DNA from: Candidatus Bathyarchaeia archaeon
GTDB lineage: Archaea; Thermoproteota; Bathyarchaeia; Bathyarchaeales; Bathycorpusculaceae
Reading direction: 5' to 3'
Assembly (NCBI GenBank): GCA_038883775.1
Contig: JAVZLM010000003.1
Coordinates: forward strand, 32,001 to 96,000
Length of the DNA: 64,000 bases
The position numbers and the translations under genes were made by a program. Below are positions 19,550 to 29,719 of this stretch, in pieces (position 1 is the first letter of the stretch; every line of letters begins with the position of its first letter). The notes beneath the pieces are model-generated. The model did not search any database. It worked only from the letters and a program-made list of their open reading frames with translations, and was not told the origin of the DNA.

Positions 19550-20782
19550 TCATATAAGAGAGTGATCAAATTTTTCAGTAAAATATCGCTTCGGCACCCA
19601 AAAAACTATGAAAATTATCGCTAAAATAACCCCAACTAATCCTACGAATATGGGCGCTTTGAAGCCAAAAGAATCATACAGAAAACCACCTATGTAGGGT
19701 GCTGGAAAACCAGCTAAACCTCCAAAAAATGCCAATTTTCCAAGAGCTTCGGCTCTATTTTCTTCAGGGAAGTTGTTTGCTATCAAAGTTCTTATTGCTG
19801 GTGCCCAAGTTGCAATAACTATTCCCATTAAAACATGAAGTGTAGCAAAGGATTCAAAGGCTGTTACCGTCAACCATCCAACCATCAGTATTACGCCTAC
19901 AAACTCCGAGGCAAACATGAAAATTTTGCAGCCAAATCGTTGAATTAGAATCCCTATAAGTAACTGAAAACAAATCGCCGATAAAGATGAAATGCTAGAA
20001 AGCATTCCAAGCTGGAAAGTTGAGAATTTAAAAGTTTTTGAAAGAAGTCCTAACAGAATTGCTGAGCCTACACCCCATGAGAAAGTATCTAAAGCTATTA
20101 TGAAATAAAATCTCTTCATCTCTTTTCTCATTCTCAAGTTTAAAAAAGACCTTACAATATTATGTACTCTTAATGAATCCATTCTCCTAACCCGCAGAGT
20201 TTCTTTCGTGAGAAAAATAAATGGTAAGCTTGATGCCTGAAGAATCAAACATACGCAAAAGAGAAAGATGTAGCCAAAATTGTATGATAGATATCCGCCA
20301 ACTAAAGGTGCAAATAACCCGGGAATCATCGTGAAAACCATAAGTACGCTATAGGCAACTCCCACATTATTTGCTTCGACGGATTCAGCTATAGCCGAAT
20401 CTCTTGCTGGTATACTAATTCCCGTAAATAAACCGAGAGAAATCATTGCAATAATTAATAGCATCCAGTTGAAGTAATATGCCATTATAATTAGACCTAA
20501 AGCGTTTAAAGCAAATAAATTTCCAAGGATTAGGAAAACTTTTCTCCCTTTTTTGTCTGAAACTTGTCCTGAAATAGGTTGGGCGAAAGTTGCCATCAAT
20601 CCATGCAGACCTCCTATAGCTTCCAGTACTCCCACAAAAGTCATTGAAGCCCCCAAGCTTAAAACAAAAGGCTGAAGGTTAACTCTTAGCATTCCAAGCG
20701 CAATTCCAGATAGCAAATAGGCTAGACAAATTAACAGGAGATTTCCTTGGAATAACGATGTTTTGGGCACTATTTTAATCAA
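19550..20782 (-). CDS. MFS transporter
   Basis: About 12 TM helices; GQVSDKKGRK motif A. Confidence 0.9.
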   Translation of the reverse strand: MIKIVPKTSLFQGNLLLICLAYLLSGIALGMLRVNLQPFVLSLGASMTFVGVLEAIGGLHGLMATFAQPISGQVSDKKGRKVFLILGNLFALNALGLIIMAYYFNWMLLIIAMISLGLFTGISIPARDSAIAESVEANNVGVAYSVLMVFTMIPGLFAPLVGGYLSYNFGYIFLFCVCLILQASSLPFIFLTKETLRVRRMDSLRVHNIVRSFLNLRMRKEMKRFYFIIALDTFSWGVGSAILLGLLSKTFKFSTFQLGMLSSISSLSAICFQLLIGILIQRFGCKIFMFASEFVGVILMVGWLTVTAFESFATLHVLMGIVIATWAPAIRTLIANNFPEENRAEALGKLAFFGGLAGFPAPYIGGFLYDSFGFKAPIFVGLVGVILAIIFIVFWVPKRYFTEKFDHSLI

Positions 20783-20937
20783 ACTCCCTTGTCTGATGCA
20801 TTAACTATAGCAAGGCTCCTAACATTAGATGTACAGTAAGGTATTTCATATTGCGATGTTTTTCTTATAAGAATTTTCTGTCTATAGCAATAAACAATAA
20901 AATGTAACAGAAAAAGGAGGCATTGAAGCACCAGCTG

Positions 20938-22644
20938 CTAATTTAGGATTAATTCTTTTTCGTCTTTGCCGCCTTTTTCCGAGTATGCGACAACTTTTAC
21001 TTTTGTCGGCGTAGTGGCCTTTACAATCCACTCAACTTTCTTTTTGTTGCCCTCATCCATAGCTGGTGTTGGAAGCTCTGGAAGTTTATCAAATCTGCCT
21101 TTTAAATGACCTACCTCAACCCATTCTCTACCAAAGAGAAGGCTGGCATCTCCACTCAATTCCAAATAAGCAATCACAGGCTTAACAGCATTTACTTGAA
21201 TAGCTTGCTCGGAAATGTTCGTTGGGAGAAAGCCAAAATTTTCAATTGTAACTTCTACCTTAAATACTTCTTGAGCTACTTTAAGTGCGCTGGCATTTGT
21301 TATTTTAATCATTGGCAGCAAAGATGCATGTTTTAATGGAAACATAAAGACCTTCTTGCATTCATCTTCCAGGAATTTTCCAGGCGGAGGATTCCTCCAC
21401 GTGAATTTTACATCCCACCCTCCTATTTCAACATCTCCAAGTTGAGGATGTTTGAACTGATGCCAATTAACAAAACCTTTGCCGTTTAACTCTTTATCAA
21501 GCCACTGGATGGCTTTTATAGCATCTTCTTCTTTTGCCTCCAGTTTGAAGTTTACTCCTCCCCTTTCTCTGAATCCTCCTATTCCAGCACGCGCCGCCAA
21601 ATCCCATAGTTCAACACAAAAACCAGGAACGCCTCTGCTAATATATGTCCAACCGTCAAGACATCCATGTCTTGGTCTTTTTTTGTCCCTAGTAAGCTCT
21701 TCAAAACTGGAAACACAAGGATAGCCAGTAATCTCCGTTCCAATGGCGCCTATAGTTTTGAAAAGAATTAAATCCTTTTCGATGAACTCGGTGTCAGGTT
21801 TATTATCGAAGGCGCGAACTATTATTCCACCATGAGTATGATAAGTTGTCAAGCCTCCGATGTTTGGATGGTTCAACCAGAAATCTATAATTGCCCTAAC
21901 TTCAGGCTCTGACATTGGTGTTGGACCGCTTCCAGATTGTATATTCTCAGGAACCCAATCTCCTGGAAAGTTTCTATTCAAATTCATTCCATACTTAGGT
22001 GGGGCAATTTTGATCTCTTCACCGTGATAGTTAAGCAGTAAACCTTCCACGTAAACTTTGTAATATATACCACCATTTTCTATGGGTCCTCTTTTGATCA
22101 TTAGCCTAGGGTCTTTGTTTGAAATCTTCCAATCACCATTTGGATCTTTAATTCTCATTTGAGTTATACGTCCGTCTCCATCAATATCTTCCGGATAGAG
22201 TCCTTCCTTTCTTCGCCATTCTTCCTCGCTAAGTGGATAAAACTTTGCAGCAGAGTAAAAGAGTTCAGGTGTTTTAAGAAATTTTTCAGCTCCATCAACG
22301 TCAACTCGTGGTAGAATGTAAAAAACCTTAGAGTCTAGAAGGTCTGTTATAAAATCATCTTTACCATAATTGGTGAGAAGATACCAGATGGTGTAGAGGC
22401 AAATCATTGACCCCGTAACTTCGCTTGCATGAAGGTTCCCGTCTATGTAATATCCAGGTTTATCTTTTCCAATTCCTGTTTTGAAGTTTGTGATTTCTAG
22501 AAGCCACAAGTCCCTTCCCATAGCACTTTTGCCTATGCTATTCATTTTAGCGAGATTTCCATATTTTTCTTCCATGGACTTTAAAAACGATGTTAATTCC
22601 TCATATGTGTAGTAGTGACTGAAATCAAATATGTCTATGCCCAT
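20938..22644 (-). CDS. M14 family zinc carboxypeptidase
   Basis: GNLHASE, NLNRNFP, SEPE, TYHTHGG; no signal peptide. Confidence 0.88.
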   Translation of the reverse strand: MGIDIFDFSHYYTYEELTSFLKSMEEKYGNLAKMNSIGKSAMGRDLWLLEITNFKTGIGKDKPGYYIDGNLHASEVTGSMICLYTIWYLLTNYGKDDFITDLLDSKVFYILPRVDVDGAEKFLKTPELFYSAAKFYPLSEEEWRRKEGLYPEDIDGDGRITQMRIKDPNGDWKISNKDPRLMIKRGPIENGGIYYKVYVEGLLLNYHGEEIKIAPPKYGMNLNRNFPGDWVPENIQSGSGPTPMSEPEVRAIIDFWLNHPNIGGLTTYHTHGGIIVRAFDNKPDTEFIEKDLILFKTIGAIGTEITGYPCVSSFEELTRDKKRPRHGCLDGWTYISRGVPGFCVELWDLAARAGIGGFRERGGVNFKLEAKEEDAIKAIQWLDKELNGKGFVNWHQFKHPQLGDVEIGGWDVKFTWRNPPPGKFLEDECKKVFMFPLKHASLLPMIKITNASALKVAQEVFKVEVTIENFGFLPTNISEQAIQVNAVKPVIAYLELSGDASLLFGREWVEVGHLKGRFDKLPELPTPAMDEGNKKKVEWIVKATTPTKVKVVAYSEKGGKDEKELILN

Positions 22645-22735
22645 TTTTATTCCCCTCGCAGTGAGGTAAGATTTTTGTAAACTTTAAAGATAAATTTTTT
22701 GAAATGTTATTTCAATGGAAGATCCCTTTTTAAGC

Positions 22736-23836
22736 TCAGAAAGTGTAAGAAATAATAAGGTATAAGCTGTAACTCACTAAAATAATGCCGCTGAGTGCTT
22801 GAATTTTGGATTTATGTTTGTAAGTGACTCTTGTAAGCTTCGATATAGAACTGGCAACAGCTCCGATGGCAATAAAGGGTAGGATAACTCCTAAACAAAA
22901 CAAAAAGAGTACTAATAGAAATTCAGCTTGTGCTAGCAAGGGGATCATAGCAAAAAAGATTGGTGCAATGCATGGATCAAGAAAATAAAAGAGGAAACCC
23001 AAAAGAAAAAGTCCTGTGTAAGTGAAAATGTATTTTTTTGACAATTTTTGAATTAGAGGTTTCGTTTCAATTTGTATTTTCAGCAATCCTAATAAATTAA
23101 GCCCAAAAAGTATGGCTAAAATGCAAACGATCCATGTTAAGGCTGAATGAAGTATCGGTAGGTAAAGAAACAATAACCCTACAGCTAATCCTAATAATGT
23201 AGCAGCTAAAGCGAATCCTATTCCAAAAATTAAAATGTATATAAAGCTCTTTTTAAAACTGCTTGTTTTTGCTACTGCAAAACTTAACACGAATGACAAC
23301 AAGACAAGTAAACAAGGAGAGAAAGTGTCTAAAACGCCAAAGGAAAAAGCAAGTACAAAAATGCCAGTTAAGGGAAGGGGAGGTGAGGATGGAGGTGGAA
23401 TTTTTCCTTCTAAAAAAGCATCAATAACCTCTCTAATGTAAGTTTCATTAAAGGCTCCTTCTATAATTTTGATGTTGCCTTTGTTATCCTTTATAACCAA
23501 CGAATTAGATTGATTTAAATGGTAAAATTTTGCTTTTTCCTGTCCATATTCAGAGTAATATTCTATCCATTCAGTTGAAACTAATCCAGCATACTCTTGT
23601 TGGATTTCGTTTATTGTTTGATTTTTATTTAGAAATTCTTGATAAAGTTCTTGCCAGCAAAGTGGACAAGTTTTCCACAAAGGATGGGTTGATGGGTCCC
23701 AATAAAAAAACTCTACACTCACTTGTTCTGTTGAGTAAGCTATTCTCGTAAGTAGGAGTACGATAAGAATAATAAGCAGAAACTTTGGTCTTTTCAGTTT
23801 TGTATTGATGAATGAGTAGACGTCATCATTATACAT
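22736..23836 (-). CDS. Thioredoxin-like (CxxC) domain fused to CcdA/DsbD-type TM domain
   Basis: EFFYW...CPLC; membrane motifs FSPC and DPCIAP. Confidence 0.8.
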   Translation of the reverse strand: MYNDDVYSFINTKLKRPKFLLIILIVLLLTRIAYSTEQVSVEFFYWDPSTHPLWKTCPLCWQELYQEFLNKNQTINEIQQEYAGLVSTEWIEYYSEYGQEKAKFYHLNQSNSLVIKDNKGNIKIIEGAFNETYIREVIDAFLEGKIPPPSSPPLPLTGIFVLAFSFGVLDTFSPCLLVLLSFVLSFAVAKTSSFKKSFIYILIFGIGFALAATLLGLAVGLLFLYLPILHSALTWIVCILAILFGLNLLGLLKIQIETKPLIQKLSKKYIFTYTGLFLLGFLFYFLDPCIAPIFFAMIPLLAQAEFLLVLFLFCLGVILPFIAIGAVASSISKLTRVTYKHKSKIQALSGIILVSYSLYLIISYTF

Positions 23837-23925
23837 ATAAGTTATAGTTAACGTTCATAGTTAAGTGTATTTCTGTCAAGTTTACCAGCACCTTTTTCAG
23901 GAGTTAATTCTATGGCTTAAACACT

Positions 23926-25017
23926 TTACATTTCAGTCATTCGGTACTCTTTATATTCTCCTTCGCAAGGGTTTCCGCGACATAGCCACAACGTGAGATG
24001 AGTCAGATCAATTATCGCCGAATAAATTGTTTTTATTTCTCCTGCGCCATTAACCTCTCCACTTTTATGCCTACATATAGAGTAAGGAAAATTCACGTGA
24101 TCTGTGAGAATTTTCTTAAAGTAATCTATCGAAATATTACGATTATCTATTCCCTTCTTCAATAACTTAAGAGCCCTGTTATATCTAACGATTGAATGAA
24201 AAGTTTTGTTCACATTTTTCTCGAATTTCTTCATTTTTTCTGTTACATAATGGTTTGTGTGAACTATATACCCGTTAATCGCATATATTGCCTCAAAATC
24301 TGTGGCTGAGCCTTCCAAACTATATATTTCTCCATCAGCGCTTGATACAACTTGATTGTAGCTGGATGCTCTCTTCTCCGGAAGCGCAAATTCCATGGCT
24401 TTGCCAATGCTCTCCGCGCTCAAAACTTTTCTAACGGTGAAACCTAGTGGAACCCCTATTCTCATATCCGTTGGAGTTAAGTGGTTTCCTGTAATACTTA
24501 TGCCCGCAGAATTAAATCCTATTGTTGGGAATACGCCGCCATGTACTACGGCAAAGAATCTAGGCTTATTATTTGGCTTTGCGTCTAAAAGAAATGTAAA
24601 CTCTTCGCCTGTAGAGTCATTATTGTGACCCACCAAAACTGACCTATCAGAAGTTAATTCGCCGCTAACAGCTATGTCCGTGCAAGCATTGGGAATTGTG
24701 GACGAAGCAGACCACGGAATTACATCACTTATTGTATCGCTGCAATATAGTGCAAAATACTCCTCAAACGAAACCTGTGCTCCTTCAGCGCATCCTTTAA
24801 CTTCTTCTAAAAGTTCAGGGCAAAAATCTTCAGCGTATGGTAAATACTTTTTTGTCTCTAACACTATTCTTTTCCATGCTATTCTTTTTTCAACTTTACT
24901 TTTGAAGTTATTCAAAGCTGCTTGTACAATATCTTTACATTTTGTTCCTACTTGGAATCCAATCTCATAATGGGAGCCGCTGACTTTTACGACAGGGAAG
25001 GAATGACTCTCTTCCAT
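23926..25017 (-). CDS. C45 family Ntn-hydrolase peptidase (acyl-CoA:6-APA acyltransferase-like)
   Basis: GSHYEIGFQ, A-CTD autoprocessing site, HNND, GFNSAGI, HTNHY; start moved to ATG 25017. Confidence 0.88.
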   Translation of the reverse strand: MEESHSFPVVKVSGSHYEIGFQVGTKCKDIVQAALNNFKSKVEKRIAWKRIVLETKKYLPYAEDFCPELLEEVKGCAEGAQVSFEEYFALYCSDTISDVIPWSASSTIPNACTDIAVSGELTSDRSVLVGHNNDSTGEEFTFLLDAKPNNKPRFFAVVHGGVFPTIGFNSAGISITGNHLTPTDMRIGVPLGFTVRKVLSAESIGKAMEFALPEKRASSYNQVVSSADGEIYSLEGSATDFEAIYAINGYIVHTNHYVTEKMKKFEKNVNKTFHSIVRYNRALKLLKKGIDNRNISIDYFKKILTDHVNFPYSICRHKSGEVNGAGEIKTIYSAIIDLTHLTLWLCRGNPCEGEYKEYRMTEM

Positions 25018-25140
25018 TTCAACGCACTTAACCCAATAGAGCACTTGTTTATTATTTAAGAGTTTACATGCACGCCACTTCAACGTTGTTCCCTAAAACA
25101 AAAGCAAATTTATATATGAAAATTTATTTAAACAAAGTAA

Positions 25141-26160
25141 ATGAAATTTGAACTTTCAATAATCTACGTATTCTTTCTACTTTACCTTGTATTCGGACAG
25201 TCGATGAGCTTCACCAACACAGTGCTTCTTGAATTTTTTTACATCGACACCTCAAAATGTCCAAGCTGTTTTGAAGAGTACATTTATAAAATTGCACGAG
25301 CAGAAGCAATATTGGCTGAAATTCAAAATAAATATGGTCGTGCTATTGAAGTTAAACGGTGGGATTTTTCAAGCAACAACGGATCTACGCTATTCCGACA
25401 GTATAACCTCACTAAAATTCCAAGCATTGTGATAAATGCTAAAGAAATTCTTTTAGATCAAGAAATTACCCAGGACAAACTTCAAAGCATCATAAATTCT
25501 ATATTAAATTATCCAATGTCCGAAGATCTACCCGGTATGATTCATCTAGGAGTTCTTTCTTTTCTGTCTCCAAGCGTTATAACCCTATTGTTCTTTATTA
25601 TGAGCTACACGGTTGATGAAGATCTTAAAATGAAAAATTGGATTAAAAACGCAATAGTATTTAGTTTAGGACTTATAATTGCGCAGCTGGTCATATTCAG
25701 TCTTTTCTTCCTAAATTTTTCTTTTACCAATTTTCAAATTTTACTAAGATATGTCATTCGATTTTCTTCTATATGCCTTATTATTGGAGGATTAGAATTA
25801 TTTGGGTTAACAAGATTCCCATATGAATTCAGTTTTCTGAAAAAGTTAAAGAATTGCAAGAATAATTTAAAATTTATTGGAATCTTTTGTATCGGGGGAT
25901 TATTTTTTGTGATTGAAACGTTTAACACACCTTCTTTCAGTTACGCTCTTCTCAGCGCTACAAACTTACCTCTTCTGCTTGGTTTTAGCGTCGGTGTTTT
26001 AATTCCGTTCTTGACTGTTGGATTAATATGCATAAAGATCGTAGGCATTTTAATAGTAGCTATTAAAGGGGATGTTCAAAGAATGCGCTTAATAAGTGGC
26101 GCAATATTGATTGCTTATGCTTCTTGGTTAATGTTAAAAATATTGCTAAGGCAATTTTAA
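25141..26160 (+). CDS. Thioredoxin-like + CcdA-like membrane protein lacking the TM cysteines
   Basis: EFFY...CPSC; FLSPS and NTPS occupy the positions of FSPC and PCxxP in the paralog at 22736. Confidence 0.65.
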   Translation: MKFELSIIYVFFLLYLVFGQSMSFTNTVLLEFFYIDTSKCPSCFEEYIYKIARAEAILAEIQNKYGRAIEVKRWDFSSNNGSTLFRQYNLTKIPSIVINAKEILLDQEITQDKLQSIINSILNYPMSEDLPGMIHLGVLSFLSPSVITLLFFIMSYTVDEDLKMKNWIKNAIVFSLGLIIAQLVIFSLFFLNFSFTNFQILLRYVIRFSSICLIIGGLELFGLTRFPYEFSFLKKLKNCKNNLKFIGIFCIGGLFFVIETFNTPSFSYALLSATNLPLLLGFSVGVLIPFLTVGLICIKIVGILIVAIKGDVQRMRLISGAILIAYASWLMLKILLRQF

Positions 26161-26272
26161 AATATGACCTTACACGTTAAAATTTCAACTCTAATGACGA
26201 GTTTAAAACTTGGAATTCTGTTAAATTTTCCGAAAGCTTTTAGTACCCTAACAGTTTTTCTTAATATTTGCC

Positions 26273-26716
26273 ATGCAAAGCAAAAAGCTTTCTACCTTTA
26301 AAACGGTTCTAATAGTGTTTTTAGTTAGCGTCTGTGTATTCGGTATTATGAATATGGCTGCGCGGACACCAGGTATTGGTTATACAGCAAAATGTGAACA
26401 AATGGCACCACCAGAAGTTTTTTCCTTCGGGAGAACGCATACTTTTGGTTATCAAGAATTGGTCTATTTAAATATATCTTATAATCCCATCTTTTTCCCA
26501 ATTAGTTATTTATCCGGAAGCGGTTCTTTTTCTGGCTTGACTATAGTGCTTCATTATCCAGAAGAAAAAGTAGAAACTATTGCAGCTCTAATGAGAGTTC
26601 AGGAAGAAATTGGAAGAAACCTTGTATATCTTATTACTATTAGTTTTCTTATAGGAATAATTATAGAAGAGACTGCTTTTCATTTGAAAAGCAAGTTTTC
26701 AAAGGCTTCTCAGTGA
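26273..26716 (+). CDS. Hypothetical membrane protein
   Basis: 147 aa ORF with N- and C-terminal hydrophobic helices; TATA-like site upstream. Confidence 0.65.
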   Translation: MQSKKLSTFKTVLIVFLVSVCVFGIMNMAARTPGIGYTAKCEQMAPPEVFSFGRTHTFGYQELVYLNISYNPIFFPISYLSGSGSFSGLTIVLHYPEEKVETIAALMRVQEEIGRNLVYLITISFLIGIIIEETAFHLKSKFSKASQ

Positions 26717-26794
26717 CTTGTTCATTTTAAAACTAAGATTTCAAAAGGTTAATAAAATGCAAAGGTTTTATTAATAATCCTAGCGACAATCACG

Positions 26795-27505
26795 GTGACA
26801 GTTTTGCGAAGAAAGTTGCTGACACTTGGAATAGCTCTTCTATTCATCAGCGTAGTTCTTGTTTCGGGTTCTCGTGTACCAAACGAAAAAGTATGGAATG
26901 ACGTGGTTAATCAAGATAACAACGTATGGGAATTGTCAGCTTTCTTTAACAGTGGCGACATTATGGTTGTATACTTTGAACCAGCAAAAAACTGTTCCAG
27001 ACTTAATAATAATTGGTGGTACCTTTTTGTCCGTTCGCCTGATCCTGAGCATCGGGAGAATCTCAACTTTACAATATTCGGTCCAAGCGGTAAATCCGTA
27101 TTTAATGTTACACTTGGCGGACCACGTCCCTCATGGGGAATTACGCCTGACCCTGAAACTGGAGAGGTTCCAGTGATTATATATAGCATCGAACTGATAA
27201 GCCAAGAAGGTTCCGATTTAGAAATAAGGAACCCTCCAGAGATAGGTGGTATTGTTAAGAAATCTGGCAACTATACTGTGAGAATTGAACCTAACGTATA
27301 TTGGGATAGGGATAGAACTATAAATACTACTTGGCCGAAGGTGCCGCCGCAAGAGATAATATTTTACCGTGAAGTTCATGAAAAAAACTATCCTTATAGT
27401 TATCTTCTTCCTATAGGGGCATCTTTAAGCGTTACAGGGATTACTGTGTCAATTTTTGGAGCAAAAAATAAAGGGCGCAGAAGAAGATGGGGTGGAAGAT
27501 CGTGA
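26795..27505 (+). CDS. Hypothetical membrane-anchored extracellular beta-domain protein
   Basis: N-terminal signal/TM, N-x-T/S sequons, C-terminal TM plus RRRR tail. Confidence 0.7.
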   Translation: MTVLRRKLLTLGIALLFISVVLVSGSRVPNEKVWNDVVNQDNNVWELSAFFNSGDIMVVYFEPAKNCSRLNNNWWYLFVRSPDPEHRENLNFTIFGPSGKSVFNVTLGGPRPSWGITPDPETGEVPVIIYSIELISQEGSDLEIRNPPEIGGIVKKSGNYTVRIEPNVYWDRDRTINTTWPKVPPQEIIFYREVHEKNYPYSYLLPIGASLSVTGITVSIFGAKNKGRRRRWGGRS

Positions 27506-27604
27506 CAATATTTTCTATTAGCTACTTAGTATGTTGTTTTCAAACAAAGCAAAGTAATGATCTTTTAAAGCCAAAAAGTGTTTATGAAGTTAAAGGTTAT
27601 TAAC

Positions 27605-29620
27605 ATGGATAAGAAAAAAATCTTAGATTTAGTTTTTTTACTAACTTTAATTGTCCTTTCAAATTTATCCTATAACATTAAAACCATCAAAGCAAACTCT
27701 ACATTAATCGTAGAAAGCGGCGCGTCTGAAAACTTTCAAAAAATACAGGACGCTATAAACGCTGCAAATCCTGGAGATGTTATCCTTGTGCGTAACGGGG
27801 TATACTACGAAAATGTGTGCATCAACAAAACAATATCGCTAATTGGAGAAGATAAAAATTCGACAATAATTGATGGTGGCGGTGTCGGCATAGTCCTTAC
27901 AATTATTGCTAACAATGTCAAAGTTCAAGGTTTCACAATACAAAACGGAGGGACAAATTTACCAGATCGTACAATATTCGTGACAAATTGCCGTGAAGTT
28001 ATAATTGAAAATAATATGATCAGAAATTCTCTTTGCGGTATAGAATTAAGGAATTCAAACGCCTGTAAGATTATTAATAATGTTATTATGAGTCATTCGT
28101 GGAAGGGAATTTTCATTGCAGGTAATGATAATGAAGTGTGTTGCAATACCATAGCAAATAATTCTATTGGAGTTTCAATCGCTGCTCCAGTTGCACCTCC
28201 TAATAGATTTTATCGCAATAACTTCGTCAATAACACACTCCAAGCTGAGGGTACGGCAAATTGGGATAATGGTGCAGAAGGCAATTATTGGAGCGATTAT
28301 TCAGGTGAGGATATAAATGGAGATGGAATAGGGGATACTGAAACTCCGCATTTGGGAATAGATTTTCGTCCGTTGATGGAGCCGTGGCGTTCTTTAAGAA
28401 CTTTTTATGTTCCACTTGGGCAAAGAATTTATTGTATCACAATTTTTAGCAATTCTACAATTGCAAGTTTCGAGTTTGATCATCTGTTGAAGAGAATACG
28501 CTTTAACTCGACCGGGCCTTATGGAGTGTTCTCTTTTTGTAACGCTTCTATTCCGAAAGAATTACTAATAGGTCCTTTTGCGGTTTCTTTAGATGATATT
28601 CCAATAACTTTAATTGTGAACTCGAATGAAACGCATTCCTTTATATATTTTAACTACACTCTGTCCACTCATAAAATTCAAATTGATGGTTCATACATAA
28701 AACCTGTAGCCAATTTTGCTCCCTCCACCTTTATTCAAGCGACACATGAACCTGTATTTTTCAATGCGTCATTAAGTTACGATCCTGATGGTAATATAAC
28801 CATATACTATTGGGATTTTGGTGACGGTTCAACCCTCGAAAATAGTGCGTTTGTCTCGCATAAGTATGCTTTGTCCGGAAGATATCATGTGAGTTTAACG
28901 GTGAAGGATGATGATAACTTGACGGATACTTATGCAGTTGATGTCATTATAGGTGAGAAAATAGATGTTGAAGTTGATGTTGGCGTGTTATACTTTAAGG
29001 GGGAAACAGCCGAATTTTATGTTATAACTTCAATTTTGGGTCAGCCTTTGAATGTTACAAGTATTAGGGCAGAACTCTACTATAAAGGAACATTGTTTGC
29101 AAATTTAAGCGGTAGTGTTCAGCATGTTGCTGACGGAGTTTATCGAATAGTTTATAGAATACCTCTTCAAGCGGCTAATGGCACTTATGCTTTGGTCGTT
29201 GCTGTTGATTGTGGTTCGCTTAAGGGTTTCTCTCTTAAATGCTTCTTGGTTGATGGGTGGATTGAGGCTACTTTAGCAGATATTAAAAATGGAATTGCAA
29301 CTATTATAGTGCCAAATCTCGGAGAAATCGAAGCTAACTTGACCCAAATTAATGCGAGATTAATTGGAATAGAGGGGGTCTTCGGAATACTGAATTCATC
29401 CCTGGGCGAAATCAAGGTTAATTTAAATTCAATTAATGCTTCAATTGTTGAGGTTAAGGGTAGTTGCGTTATTTTTGAAACAGGTCTTGGCGAGATTGCT
29501 TTCTCATTGGATGGTCTTCACTCAGCTGTTTCCTTAGGAATTGTTGTGGTGTGTGCGTTATCCGTGTTAACAGTCACTTTAACTTCGGTTTGCCTTGCAC
29601 TTCTTAGAAGAAGGCGTTAG
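27605..29620 (+). CDS. Surface protein: NosD/CASH parallel beta-helix + PKD + stalk repeats + C-terminal TM
   Basis: IQDAINAANPGD..V.NGVYYE, GNYWSDY.G.D..GDGIGD, SYDPDG..YYWDFGDG, LGEI repeats, TM plus RRRR. Confidence 0.82.
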   Translation: MDKKKILDLVFLLTLIVLSNLSYNIKTIKANSTLIVESGASENFQKIQDAINAANPGDVILVRNGVYYENVCINKTISLIGEDKNSTIIDGGGVGIVLTIIANNVKVQGFTIQNGGTNLPDRTIFVTNCREVIIENNMIRNSLCGIELRNSNACKIINNVIMSHSWKGIFIAGNDNEVCCNTIANNSIGVSIAAPVAPPNRFYRNNFVNNTLQAEGTANWDNGAEGNYWSDYSGEDINGDGIGDTETPHLGIDFRPLMEPWRSLRTFYVPLGQRIYCITIFSNSTIASFEFDHLLKRIRFNSTGPYGVFSFCNASIPKELLIGPFAVSLDDIPITLIVNSNETHSFIYFNYTLSTHKIQIDGSYIKPVANFAPSTFIQATHEPVFFNASLSYDPDGNITIYYWDFGDGSTLENSAFVSHKYALSGRYHVSLTVKDDDNLTDTYAVDVIIGEKIDVEVDVGVLYFKGETAEFYVITSILGQPLNVTSIRAELYYKGTLFANLSGSVQHVADGVYRIVYRIPLQAANGTYALVVAVDCGSLKGFSLKCFLVDGWIEATLADIKNGIATIIVPNLGEIEANLTQINARLIGIEGVFGILNSSLGEIKVNLNSINASIVEVKGSCVIFETGLGEIAFSLDGLHSAVSLGIVVVCALSVLTVTLTSVCLALLRRRR

Positions 29621-29719
29621 CTTCTTCTCAGTTGAAAATTCGCTTAAAGTGTGACGAGCAGTAAACTATAAAAATGTATGCTTGTATTACAGTTTAAAGA
29701 TTTGGAAGGTGATAAAGCT

